Translations under genes and position numbers: made by a program | From: Ruditapes philippinarum | Taxonomy: Eukaryota | Direction of reading: 5' to 3' | DNA: 64,000 nt | Assembly (NCBI RefSeq): GCF_026571515.1 | Contig: NW_026853675.1 | Coordinates: 62,001 to 126,000 of the forward strand | Notes under the pieces: model-generated | Told to the model about the DNA's origin: nothing | The model's database searches: none | The model's input: the letters and a program-made list of their open reading frames with translations, nothing else | In this document: positions 1 through 13,972 of the stretch, one piece after another | Layout of the letters: every line of letters begins with the position of its first letter | How positions within the stretch are numbered: position 1 is the first letter of the stretch

Positions 1-238
1 CTAGAAATCACGAACTTATGTTCAGTTGACTAATGACGGAGAGTATTTTTGACAAAATTTCCATTTATTGATATACCCCCCCCCCCCCCCCCCCCCCCCA
101 TCGCCCCTCTCAGCATTGAAATTGTATTTCGATGTTTTCATCAGTTCGTTATCCACTGAAAAACATGTGATAAATATTCTTTTTATTTTCTATTTTACCT
201 ATTGATTGATGCATTCGCAGTATTTACATTTTTCTTCT

Positions 239-1869
239 TTATATTGCTTTGACAATTTTTTCACAAAAATAACCGGTAAAGCCTTCCGCACAAATACACG
301 AGAAACCTGGGCACGAATTCACACATGTACCTCCATTCTTGCAAACGTTTTGAAGAATCGTACATTCTTTTGCACAATCAGTGCTACTCTTTGCTTTCTT
401 GTCTTTTCCAGTTTTGTTTAAGTTATTCAAAAAATTTGAATTTTTAAGCTTTTCGAAAAACAAATGTACATCTTTTGCAGCCAGCACTTTATTCCCAGAT
501 ACATCATTTAATTTAGATTTATCGTCAATTGTTTGATAAGCACTGTGTACATTAGAATTATTTTTTATTTCAAGGTCATTAGTTCTTTGGGTTACTGACA
601 ATGTTATCTGCTTTTGATGTGTTGGTATGCTAGTCGTGCTTTTTGTTGCATTACTGGAATGTGGCGGAGTACTCCAGAAAGCTTCATTCATGTCTCTCAT
701 ATCTATTGTTGTTGTTGCTGTTGCTGTTGTTGTTAATGATGATGTAGACAATGCCAGTGGTGCCAAACTTTTAGTTATTTGAAACAGTGATGTCAAAGGA
801 AAAGTATTAGTTTGTTGGGACGTTACCCTCCATATTTCATTTTGAATCGTTGACATCGATAGTGTAGTCATTTGAAATTGTATTGGGGGTTGTATTACCT
901 CCTCTGTCTGTTTAGTTAAATTTCGAGATGAGACATGTGGAATTTGCTGGGTATTTATTATTGCTAATGATGGTGTGGTACTTAACAATTCTTGAGTCGT
1001 TTGTTCCGTTGTATCAATTTCTGCTTGTCGTAAGGTACTCGTCGTCTTGTGTTGAGTTGTAGATTTTGTTATATTTGCATTATTCTTTGATGAGTTTTCT
1101 GAATACTGTGTTGTGTCTGGTATAATCCCCTGCGATGTTGGTTTTTTAGTTGTTGCAGTTTCGTCTTTTGACACCTTTTCCGATAATTGTTTTACATTTT
1201 TAAACAAGCGTAAAATTCAACAGCCTTTTGCATTGTCAGCTTTTTGTATTTGTTATGTGCTTTCAAGTAAGGTCTCGCTGTACTCGTTACTTTACCAGTG
1301 AAATCTATGTTTATTCCTTTACGTTTTAAAATTGAAAGCAATACTTCCTGTTCTCTGCTCAAATCTGTTGTTTTTACTTTTGGTTTAGATTGAGCATTCT
1401 GATTAATTAACGTTTGTCGTTGTATGTCTGTTATGTGTAGCTGATGTTGTCGCGGCTTTTCTAATAAAGTCGGTCGTCTCCCACTCCCGGAGAATTTGTT
1501 ATTTAACATAAATGTTGTTAGTGTTTTAAGCTCTCCCTTAATGTCTACATGTAAATCCCTCTCACTTAGCATCCTTTCATTTCTAGAATGTACATTTGAA
1601 ATTGTCTTCCATGATCGAATTTTCGAATCAGCAACATTTCGGTGATGACTTTTATGTAGAAACATATCTATATAATCATCCAATACAGGTGGAAGGAAAT
1701 TGTGGTGTTGACTGTAAGTTTTAAATACTTGATTTTCGTTATGTTCTACATTATGTCTAGAATTTCCGCCAAAGAATTCTGTTAGTACATCTGCATGTAA
1801 TAATTGTCCAACACAAGATGTTAAACACATTATAACATTAATACAATACAATGAGCTGGTTAACTCCAT
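239..1869 (-). CDS. Secreted Thr/Ser-rich (mucin-like) protein with C-terminal EGF-like domain, ~543 aa if joined; interrupted by one frameshift near 1198-1215
   Basis: ORF 1869-1192 starts with a signal-peptide-like MELTSSLYCINVIMCLTSCVG. The overlapping -1 frame ORF 1207-239 is Thr-rich and ends in a canonical EGF repeat (CTILQNVCKNGGTCVNSCPGFSCICAEGFTGYFCE). Adding one T in the TTTT run gives a continuous KAVEFLRLFKNVK. Minus-strand AATAAA at 182-187. Confidence 0.75.
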
Positions 1870-2589
1870 GGTTTTGTTTCAACAAATATGAAGTCCTAGT
1901 TTTAAGAGAAACCAAATTATTTAGTTTTAAGTAATATAAATGGTAAATCCCGTGACAAAGCTAATGTATTGTTCACACAATAGCACGACAAAACATTCAG
2001 AATTGATGTTTCATACTCGACGCAAATTAATCTGGTGTTATTAATGTCATAACAGTAAGTACAAGATATTTACATTAATCCACAGTATCACGTCACATAC
2101 GGCACAAGGATACAATTCTTTTGCTCTAAAGTTATTATCATGACAATGTAACATCGTAGAAAAAAATCATTAACGTATTACACTTTTTAACAGTTTGATA
2201 AAATGAATAAAATTTTATTCAACATGTGCACGTTTTATTGTCTACAATATTTCTCAACAATATATTTATAATAAAATCTAGTGAAATTTAATTAGACAAT
2301 TGAATGAAGAAATAATTTCATATCTGAATATTCTTATTATGTTTATATATATGTTCAGATGAGAATAATAAGGAAATGATGAAAGTAGAATTTTATAGAT
2401 TTAAATTTTGGTCTTTTAGATCAAAACGATATGACGTATATATAAACATACAGTATAAATACAGTACAAATATTAGAGAAAATTTGTGGAAAACAGATAT
2501 ATGCATGTACTAATCAAATCAGCACAATAAACCCAAGTCACAACATTATGTTTAGATAATGATACAAAAACATAACAAAGAAAGAAAGG

Positions 2590-2780
2590 GAATTCCTATA
2601 GAGCTCCCAAAACAGCAAAATTGAAAATGTTGCAGACTCAGTTTGATTGGGCCTGTTCATAGTGGTATATGTGAATGCCCTGGCACCGGCTTAAGCAAAT
2701 TACAACATTTATAAATGTAAATGGCGAAATTTAAATTTAGAAACATCTAAAGATGTGTTCATCTAGCATTGTTTGGGAGC
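2590..2780. repeat. Interspersed repeat fragment, same family as 15735-16115 and 25990-26245
   Basis: CCCAAAACAGCAAAATTGAAAATGTTGCAGACTCAGTTTGATTGGGCCTGTTCAT aligns with 15744-15798 and similarity continues to GATGTGTTCAT. Confidence 0.7.
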
Positions 2781-3901
2781 ATTAATATTTAATATTTCCT
2801 TCCGAGTGCATTATACATGTATATAAAGTATTGAACATTTTACTATTCATTTGCATGTCATTGACATATGATGAATATTTTATGTAGTTCTGTATTAACA
2901 TTGGAGCATATTTCATAAGTATGAATGATTTTGTGACAATGTAAATGAAACGCATCCTGCTGGATGAGGGCCTAAATGCAGCATTGATGCCCATAAATAT
3001 AAATATACCCAGTATAAAATCAAAAATTAATTGGTAAAAATATATATATTATCATATTTTACCCGGAGAATATAATCAAAAGGATAATAGAAGATTTATT
3101 ATTTAACATTTGTATATTTTCTATTAATTAAGTTTGACAGCTGGTCACTCGTTCAATCGAATTCAGCGTTCTGAGGAATGTATAATAACCTCAAAATAAA
3201 GTACCCTTTAGATATTTTTGTTAAAAGTAAATCAATACTTCCGCTTATTTAGTCTTGATATAATTCAATTATATTTTTATTGCCAAGAGTGTTTCTACTG
3301 TTGCTCAGTTCAGTAAAATGGTAGCTATTGATTTATTAGAAAATATAAGGACGATAGAATAATCGGATTATTTTTTATTGTACTCCTTTATTATATACCT
3401 TTTTATTACCCTTCCAGATTTTTTCCGCCTTTTTGATTGGATATTGATCACCCGAAAGAAATTGATATAACCGAGCCAGACGGGTAATATACGCACTAAA
3501 TTTCCCCGTTTGGTACCCAACGTTGTAAACAACATGCGCGGAGATGATGCGCGTACGGTTCGATTTTACGCGGTGTAAATTCCGATTTAAAAGCACTTTT
3601 TAACTGTCAAATGATAAATATTTACCAAAGTAGAGTTATGATACATATAACCATCAGTATCGAAAACAAATATGACCTTGTGAAAGCTTGATATTAATTA
3701 CAAAAAAGTGCGTTCAATAGACTACTCCTTTTCTCTTGTTTACTTTTGTAAGGTACGGGAAAAATACGTCATGTATTTATGTGACGTCATGTTGTGACGA
3801 AGAGGTATCCTAAAGGGAATCTTATTTCGACGTTTCATTTGAAACAGCAATGATTATTTAAAAAATCGTCTCAACTCGGCAGGGGAAGGGTAATAAAATT
3901 A

Positions 3902-4035
3902 TTATTTTGGTTTTGGAGTGATATATGTGGATATATTACCTGCCAAGATAAAATATCACCCTCGCCTAACGGCTCGGGTGATATAAAATCTTAACAGGTA
4001 ATATATCCACATATATCACTCCAAAACCAAAATAA
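3902..4035. repeat. Long near-perfect palindrome (41-bp arms with nested inner hairpin), probably the end of a non-autonomous DNA element
   Basis: 3902-3942 TTATTTTGGTTTTGGAGTGATATATGTGGATATATTACCTG is the reverse complement of 3995-4035; inner ATATCACCC...GGGTGATAT stem around CTCGCCTAACGGCTC. Confidence 0.8.
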
Positions 4036-4449
4036 CATATAATATGCGCTGATTTGAGAAATAAGGATGAAGCTATAGTACAAACTGCTCAATGAATCTA
4101 AATATACGTCGTGTAAAGCTTACGCACTGTATCGATCACAGTTTATGTCACACTTAATAGTCTCATGAAAATTTAATTTACACAACTTTGCATTGGTAAA
4201 ATTTTCCTTATATTTTACTGTTTATAATATCAATATTTTGTTACGGTTATTGTGCATACTCTATTATTAATTTGCATCACAATTTGTGCGACGTTTATTT
4301 ACTTGTAACACGAGCGTCATCATATCGACATAAATACAGCATCAAATTGATTGATTTGATAGCCTTTTAGCACTTATTTGCAGGGTTCTTTAACCTCATC
4401 AAAATAAAAAAGATGTTTGTGTATGTAAAGACGATCTATAAAATTATAT

Positions 4450-4610
4450 TATTTGTTTGATTGGATTTTACGTCACACCGACACAGTATTGATCATATTG
4501 CGACGTTCTAGCTTTATTGGTGGAGGAAGACCTCAGTAGCCCGTCCTTGCATTATTTTAGGCACCGACGGGCACCTGAATAGAACCACCGACGTTCCGTA
4601 AGCAAGCTGG
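4450..4610 (-). mobile_element. SINE copy (3' part, tRNA-derived bivalve-type SINE)
   Basis: Similar to 47218-47420 and to the reverse complement of 18178-18358 (GGAAGACCTCAG...GGGCACCTGAAT...CCACCGAC..TCCGTAAGC.AGC). Confidence 0.65.
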
Positions 4611-7600
4611 GTAAAAACAATGATATTGTAAAATATTTCTATACGTAAAGGTCATTGGTTGACATACTTACGTTTTAATGTCAAGATAAGACTTGATTCT
4701 GATAAGACTTGATCACATTTCTTTTTGTATGGAATTGTGAGATCATCATGTAGCACTGTTAAATAAGATTAAAGTGGTTTCAAATCAATTCTATTACATT
4801 ATGTTTGCAATATACATTAAACACTTTATTGTTATTTTATTCTCTACGGACACAAGCCGGTCGATGTTCCCACTTAGCATACTAATATAACAATACTTCT
4901 TTAAATGTCCTCATGTAATGTGGACTTTAAAATATTGCCATATCAATATTTTACTTTACATCTCTAGTTTCCAATTACGTGTGGAGACACGGTCTATTGT
5001 TCGAACTAATATTTTTGTCACAATTCAAGTACGTCTTCAATAATAGATCATTGATTCTGTAATGTCAATATACTAGATATGGCAAGAAATAATAGAACTA
5101 TAATGGCTCAACATTATAAGGCAAATTTGTACCTTTGAATATGTAACGGCATTGTTTAATCTTAACTGTACTACGTATGCTTGTTGTTTTCAATTACTCG
5201 TTAAATTACATCATAATCGCATATGCATCCTTATTTACAAATAATGCTTCCAGTCTGGTTTTAATAGTTCAAGTTTAAAAATATGTGTTTCTTCTAACTT
5301 TGAGCGAACTTCATGAGGCTAAAATTGGTTTTGTGTTTGATTGGTAAAACTTTTTGAAAGACATTATCACTATGATTTAGAATACTATTATGAAATTGAA
5401 AAGGTTAACAAAATCCTAACAGGACTTTAAGAAAAAGTTAAAAAATTATTTAAAAAAAAAAACAACATTTTTTTTAATCATAAAAAGTTGAAATATTCAA
5501 TTTTGCACTCAATTACGCCCGATGTTTATTATTGTCATATGTATCAAAAATGATGTTGCTTACAGTAACTTTACAGTTGTTTAGAATATTTAAATCTAAA
5601 CATTTGTAAATACACAACTCATTGAGTATTTAGTGAACTATTTTCTAATTGTGAGATATATGAAATACACTAGGGTTGTGTGACCTTGCTTTATGTAGAG
5701 CATAAATAGTGTTTCATAATCAGGATATATTCATCACTGATCATAGAAAATTGGATAATGTTTTAGATCAATCATCAATTCAATTAATTATTTATTGTAA
5801 AATCAATTAAAATATATTAATGAATAACTGATGAAATTCATATATCAATCATCAATTCAATAAATTATTTATATTAAAAAAATAATTTAGTGAATAGCTG
5901 ATGAAACTCAACTTTGTATTACTTTACTTATTTTATGGTGTTTTTATTTCTATTTTGTTTATTATGTTATCGAAACAGGTCGCTGACATAACACGCAGGA
6001 CATAAATCTAATGATCACGATTCACCTGTAACAATCCATATATGTCGGACATCTTTAAAACATAAAAAGCATTATTGCACAATCATAACAGAAAATGATG
6101 TGTATGCAAAGTATCATATAATCTGGTTTGTATTGCATTGAGTTGGATTATTGTGACTGATTTAATGCCGATCGTTGTTCGATTAAAATCGATCATCACA
6201 ATACAACAAATGTTAACCGCCCTTTTTGTGGTACTTGTCTTTTAATTTGAATTGTGAAGCAAACCGGTAAAAAAAATGATTTAAATTTGTTTGAGCTTTT
6301 TGCAGTGTCCAAATGGCTATGATCACATAAACTTTGCATTGTTTTGTCATGATCATATCGATTATTACACATTTCTTTTCAATATCTATAATTATTATTA
6401 TGAACGTTTTCCTCGTAAACGTCAATCAATCAACGTCGCAAGAAGCGTCAAGTAGATATGCATTATGGAGAAAATTTTAGACTTGTTTTTGTGTATTTCT
6501 TGTTTTTGTTTTTACAACATCACTGTTTTCAAATTTTCTAATAAAAATAGCTTTTCTGATGTACAACATGTCACCGAGCTTTAAGAAACTTAAACAAGCG
6601 ATTAACTGAAGTGGTAGTGCCATGTTTGAATATCATATACTTTTATCAATATCTTATTTTATTTACCTAATAAATATCGTTCCAATGAGCCAGTCGACCG
6701 TTCTAAAACATAATGGTTGAGAGAGGTTACGACTGAGGCAGTGTCACTCACCTCATTTGCTTCGCCACTGTTGAAGTACGGCTCCGCCTTAAATTGACGC
6801 AAAGTTTAATATGATGCTCTGTATGCTAGCATTAAAGTCCTCGTTGACGGAGGGAAGGGAACCAGGACAACTAAGTATCGCGTACTTCCCTGCAAGTTTC
6901 AAAGCCTAAAACACGTCCACTATCTCTCTCAACCGAAGAAAGTACGTCTAATGACGGGAACCAAATTCGGGCAGGGAAAAGGGGTGTGACTTTTTTGCGA
7001 TACGGGCGAAATGCAAATATTTTTTTTTTTTTGCAAAACAGGCAAAACTTGTGCTAATTCATGAAAATAATTAACATTTAAGTTATAAAACAGATTAACT
7101 GAATGAAATAAAATCGTTTATTTTAAAATGTATCACAAATATTTACAATAGGATATTTTGAAGGACTCTGTTGCCTAGATTTTCATTACATTTAATGGTT
7201 CTGTACCTAGATTCCAGACTAGTAGTTTAATCTTTTATAAAAACAATACTTAATTAAGAATTGATTACATTTAACAATTGATTCATGACTATTTTGACAC
7301 ATGTTTGCTATTTGTAAAAGAAGACAACAGTTCGTCCTCAAAATCATTCGAACATTATGCAGTTCGCACTAAGATTTAAAAGGACATATTCTTGGCGCAA
7401 CAAAGATATTCTTTTCTTTACCTCTGTCTTTGTCTTGAATTTATTTTAAGTGTACCAATCATTTAATTTTGTCTTGTTTTCCAGTTTATTTTCCTTAGAC
7501 AAGACCTTTCAATCTTTGTCGCAACAGACATTTACATTTCAGAATTTCAGACATTACTTAGTGAATTTATGCATTAGATGCTACTTTGTCACAAAATATG

Positions 7601-9885
7601 TAACTTTATTAGTAATCAACCTGCAAATACCAAGACCATGGAGAAAAAAGGTTAGTGCTTCGGATATTCAACTCTAATAGAGACCGATTTTCAAGATTAT
7701 AATTATGTGTCTGTTCATATCGTTTGGCGGCGTCTTTGATGTACAGAATCAACATTTAACTTGTCTCTATATCTAAAGACATCCAACGATTTTACACTGC
7801 ATTTACAGGATCCTTTGTTGTGTAACACATAAATCATTTCATGCAAGGAAGCTTCGATTTAAGCTATATGTAATCTATCCTCCCAAGGGAATCTTCATTG
7901 GAAAGGTCTGGTAAAACATTCCATGGATGCAAAATTAAACAAATTAATCGTTTTGTTTGTGTTGTAAAGCAACTAATCCTTACTGATTCCAAAATACATC
8001 ATGCTGAACACAATGTAACACGTTGACAGTAACGTCAAATAAGCCTAAGAAAATGTCTAGATTACTTACCTTCATCATAAATAAATAATAATACATTTTC
8101 AATGCTGTAAAGATAAAATTGGCAAATCGTTTCGAAACAAAATAATTATACTATTCTTGCAAATCATTTTAACTGATTTAATATTATATAAGAAATGATC
8201 AGATTTATTTATACATGCATCATTCTTAATTATATCAACACATCCATTTCTTAAAATACGGCATCAGTTATCACTATTATATCAAGTTGCTCAGGTGGAG
8301 GAAGAACTTTCTGACTCGCACAGGCAAAGAGTCTGTCAAAGATGCAGAAAAATCTGACCGCTCTATGAATATAACAAGCAAAACAAATGTCCCAAAATTG
8401 AGGAGTAAAATGAAATTGATGACAGTTACGCGATTCTGCCAAAACTTCTGGCATATAACCATTGCGCAGGCATTTCATTTTGACGCGTATTTTAAAAATA
8501 CAAGATTTGTGCCAGATCGATACCCAATTTATTTTTAGATGACCTGAAAAGGCTACGAGGAATAACCGCTAAGCAATTAGTCAAAATATATGCAAACTTC
8601 CATCAAAGACAATTTGCAAACATTGTTACAAGTGGCTTAACACGGGTTTAGTATTTTGAACAAGTCAGGAAAATTGAAACAAAATAAGGGTAATCAAAAG
8701 TCTGTAGTATCCAACAAGACTATGAACACAAAGAAGGTCGTTTATTGCACATGCTTCTCTTTTGATGGTATAGCCGCACTAATTACTAAGGGCAAAAGTC
8801 TGTCAGTATTTTTCAGATGTTATAGTAAAAAGCACAAGAAATATTATCACAAACAAAGCCTTTTGTTGGCATAGAAGCCAAAGATAATGATCCAACACAT
8901 TCATCCGAGCTTGTGAAGCAATTTTTCAGTGATAGAAGGTCAGCTTTGTGCATATTATACCACATAACCCATTCCTATATTCATATTTTCATTAGGCTAT
9001 TTTAGTCTAATGCTTTTGAGATATTGTACAATACATATTATCGGACAACCTTCGTAAATCCTCTGGTCTACCAACAAATTTACAACAAATATAAAATATG
9101 TTATCAGCATATGATTTGACTGTCAAGCAATTAAATTCTTATCAGTAATAATGTTTGACCAACTATTTAAAAAAGACATTGAAGTTTAAACTGATTTGAA
9201 AAAAAAAGTTTCTGGCATTCTCACATTGTTTGATCATTAAACATTCGTAAAATGAGATAAAACAGAAAAATCCAAATGTTTTTTTTTCACTGAACATGAT
9301 ACTATCATTGGTCCAGTTACGGATACGGAAATAAAATCTAAAATCAAATAAATGACAGGGTGTAGATGAAATTGTTAATGAAATAACCGATTACTCTGTG
9401 CTAAGTCTATATAAATATATACATTATACTGTTTGTTGGGCATTGCAGAAAGCTGGGCGAAACTATCGCCTTATATCTCTTTTGAGCTGTCCTAGCAAAC
9501 TTTTTAAAAACAAGAAAATTTTTAGTTAAAATTGCAAGTGATCCCGATCTAATATTTAAGATACACACTGACGTTCGTAAGAACCACCCAACAGTTGATA
9601 ATATATTTATTAAAAATCATTAGATAGAGGATATTGAATGAGTGTAGGTTCAATACTGAAATGCTTTGGTAGTTTAACGGGGAGGAAGGTAGTCTAGTAC
9701 TGGTGTAACTCTCCACCAGAACGATGATATATGATACTGAATGCATAAATAATTGTTTTTCTATTTTATTTTTTTTCCTTTTTTTTCTATTGCTGATCTC
9801 TACTGGAACCATATATTGCTTAATTTGTGTTATTTGCATACATCCTCATGTTGTATTTGTAATACCTTGAGTGAAAATAAAGTTT

Positions 9886-9920
<35 letters not shown>

Positions 9921-10012
9921 GGTTAGGAAACGACCCGCCTATACTACTGAAATACTGTTTGGAAAGGGCGTAAAATGAAACAAACAAACAAACAAACAAA
10001 CAAACAAACAAA
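9886..10012. repeat. (TCTG)n and (AAAC)n microsatellites flanking a short SINE 3'-end-like segment
   Basis: About 9 TCTG units at 9886-9920 and about 8 AAAC units at 9978-10012. Confidence 0.85.
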
Positions 10013-13000
10013 TCAATGCTGAATTTATTGTCCGAGCTGAACATCATTATAGTATGCGAACATTTGGCAAACATGATATTCTTTCATAAACCTACATGAA
10101 TTTAATATTCTATTTATCACATATCCAAAATAAGAACGGTTAACAGTAAAAATAATCACTTTTTCATTGATGTGCGCTTATTGAATATTGCAAAATGACG
10201 CCACGTCAAAAAAGTTAACAGCAATGCTATATCAATTTTGCGGAGTCGCAAAAACGGCACGGGTATGTGATGTATGTGATAAACGACTTTGTCGAACAAA
10301 TTTTGTTTTGATCAAAATAGGATATACGTCGTTATAGCAAAATAAATGGATAGCTTGGTGAAGATTAACCAATGGCTTAAAATATTATTGTATTAGTTTA
10401 GAAGAACTTCAATGTCCTTCTTCCAACATTTTTGGAGTGAAAAACATACAAAAGTATTACTTAACAGTTGCAGACATGTCATATGGTAATGGTTTAATAT
10501 ATCGAAAGAATTGACCCTGAATACTTGCTTCTCTTAGCCACCACTCTCCATAATCACTACATCAAGAATGTCCAAATATCTAAAAGAACAATGCGAAATA
10601 GTGTATGCATTAGGTAAATAATTATAAGTGTAGTGTAATATTTGTCGACTTTAATTGCAAAAAAAAAACAAAAACAAAAACAAAAAAACACGCAATTGTT
10701 TGCAAAATAGAAGGTGAGGTTTCATGTCTAAATGGGCAAACACTTGTTAGATGAGTATCGATCAAATGAAATTCTCAATATTCAGAAGCATAAAACCTCA
10801 ATTACAGAGAAAAATTGTTCCGGACAAAAGGTTGAATACTGTGTAAGCATAACACATTATTTGCCTTTTTTAATTATTTGTTAACATTTTTCGGCCGGTG
10901 TACCCAACTGGTTTTTCTATACATTATATCTTTAATCATCTAAAAAGCGATTTTGAATTATTAACATCTTTGTTTTAATTGATTACCTTCAAGTATTAGT
11001 ACAAAGGGAGACGTGATCTATTGTTCCGGGTAATGGGTATGTCACGATTCCAATAAATCATTTGTCGTGTACACAACTTTGTGTCACAAACTAGGTCAGG
11101 AAACCAGGGTAAAAGATTTTATCCACTAACGCAGTAAATGATATTTTAAAAAATAAAAATATATGCTTTTTTAGCAAAAGCTGAAAGATGAAATAGTTCA
11201 TTCCATGTTAAAGACTAAAGAAAATGGTCAATTAAATATAACGTGAAATTAGCCATTTTTATTTCATCTCATGTTTATATGTATTTGCTATCGTTTTTGT
11301 CTTCGCTTAATTAAAGCTTACAAAAATGATTTTGGAATTTGATCTGGAGTTTCATTTACTTATAGTATACACTTCCTTTGTTCATGCATTCTAAAGACTC
11401 TTTATTCTGATAACAATAAAGTGCTAGGTAGCGTCTGTTTAGAATATCATATCCAATACCTAATAAAATATAGCAATATTTAAATGCATTTATGAGTTAT
11501 TCCAATGATAAGTTTCAGTCAGAACGACTATTAATTGCAAGTTATGTGATATTTTCAGTTACAAAATTCTAGGAATTTAAAATTTCCTATATGGGAATGA
11601 TGGAATCTTTGATTATCTTGTTTTCTTTGTTAATTATAAAAAACACATAAAATGATATTCGTCTTATAAATAATTTGTATGGCAGATAACACTTATATGA
11701 CTAAGTAGTTCAATTTAACTCTGCCGATTAATTTAAGTATTCGAAAAACTTACAAACGTAATCTAACAATGATGTTCATGTATCTTAGTATGTCTAAAAC
11801 ATTAAGGTTAATTTGTAATATAATGTTTGAACGAAATAAAAAAATCGAAGTGTTTTACTGAACGCTTACACTTGTCAGTAATATCAAAACTCTTAAGACG
11901 ATTATGTTACAATAGAATGTAAATATCTTTATCAACTAACTCGGAATTTCCTAAAGAACTCAAAATCCTGCATTCTTTATTTTGTTTCCAATTCAATGTT
12001 TTTTACCATGTATACGATGTCTATTACAAGTACATGTAGTAATATGGCGACACAGGACAAAATAATACATAATTTGACAATGAGCAAAGCTTGATAATAA
12101 CAATTATGAATATAGTTACTGACCTCTATGGTGTACACATGCACAGCCACTGGCTTTAGTGTAAAATAGAAAGACGAGGAAAAGCTACTTTTAAAAAATA
12201 CATATATATCAAATATAACAATGATATACGGCCAATTTGCACTTACCACAATAGTATCGATATTCAAGCGTTTACCTTCTTCAAAAGTATTTGTAATAAA
12301 ACTTTTCATTTTATTAAATGTTTTCATTTTTTAGACAACCTTCATTATTATTATTTTCGTATATGAATCCAACAACTTGCACAATATTAATCACTATAGT
12401 CCTTGCATGATTTGTCTATTATACACCCTAATAATAAGGTCATAAATGTAGTTTCTCAGACTGCAAGTTGTGTTTGATCTTGTTTCTTTTACATTCGACC
12501 AGACCTAAATTATTCTTTTACTGATCCTCATTACTTATTTATCATTACGCAAAGAAAAAGACATAAAAGTAAAAGGTCAGTGCAAACTAAAAGCAAGTAA
12601 ATGATACTCAGTAAATAAGTTCCTTTTTGGAATATGTGTGTTGAAATTTTAAAATAAAATCTTACGATAGTGATAGCATATCAACCCATCATAGTGTAGC
12701 CTTCTTTAACCGAAAGTGACTCGGTTTTGCCACTCTTTTACACAGAGGCAAGTCTTATTCGGCCCTAAACTGTTGGATAGCAAACTTTTGAACTTTGATA
12801 TTAAAATCCTTCAATTTCAAACGGTCTTTACAGATTCAAAGTTGTTTCTTTTCTTTTCGAAATTGCAGGATGTTAAAATAATTCGTTGTCTGCAGATTGT
12901 AAAATTATTTTTTTAATTATTGTGATTAAAACGATGACAATATAAACTACCTTGTATGAAAGCGATTTATAGGTGTATTTTATCGAAAGGAAATGTTGTA

Positions 13001-13862
13001 TGCAAGAAATCATCGGCGAAACTATTTTGTTCCGAAGAATTGTATTTTGTTTACGTAAATTATTCATCTATATTGAATTAAATGGTACAAATGTTACAAA
13101 TTTTTCAAGAATCGACAATAAATGTTATGAAAACAACATAGTTTTATTTTAAGGTATTTGATCAGATATAGCTTTATACTTTTCTTATGTTTCAGATAGA
13201 TCTAGTATACAACTACTATTATAGTAACTATAATAAATAATATGATTACCTTTAAAATAGCTGCACTTTGTTCACAAAAACTTTTTACTCAATTAACTGT
13301 TTTTAAACAGAACCTATGAAACCTATAGTCAAATGAGATTAATTTGATTTGCAACTTCTGTTATATAATATATAAGTTTCTATTTCAAAAATTTGATTTT
13401 TGAAAAATGTAACACATGCTCTTTAAAATATATATGTTAAATGCGTACCTAATGTCAAAGCATGTATTGTGTGAACTACTATGAAAAAGTTGCTTTGCAG
13501 AATCGATTTTAATTTACAAATGGGAAACCTAAATTCTAAAAAAACATGTAAATTCAGTTCATTTTAAACTGTATGACATTAATCAAATGTCCAATAAATA
13601 ATTCATGCTACCATTCGCGACATCGTATATTTCATTAAAGGGACTATCAATAATAAATGTTTCAGACGGTAAAAAGCTCAACTTCAGAATAAAGTAATAA
13701 TTGTTAATGGGTTACCTTTTAGGCGAATAACGTCAGTTCAATAGACAAAACAAAAGTGGTCGTGATGTCCTAGAACTTAACTTATAATTCAAATACAACT
13801 AGGTACATATCGGGTATCTGTTTATATGTATCCTCGGCTACGAAACAATCAACATATTTGAA

Positions 13863-13908
13863 CCAATCAGACAGCGAAGCAGAGAGCGTATTATCCAGGG
13901 TATAAGAA
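13863..13908 (+). promoter_or_regulatory. Putative core promoter of gene A (CCAAT box and TATA-like box)
   Basis: CCAAT at 13863-13867 and TATAAGA at 13901-13907, about 70 nt upstream of the ATG at 13973; spacing is typical of Pol II promoters. Confidence 0.5.
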
Positions 13909-13972
13909 TTCGATTAGAAGACGAAGCACCCGATCAGAAACTGCCCGTCAACTGATTTGTTCAGCAGGAAAA

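Noticed and set aside
8251-8980. Cluster of short ORFs on both strands and a minus-strand donor-like site at ~8069
   Set aside because: No recognisable motif and no consistent exon chain; possibly a decayed element or a non-coding exon.
11977-12327. 116-aa hydrophobic minus-strand ORF
   Set aside because: Composition is typical of random AT-rich sequence; no splice partners or motifs.
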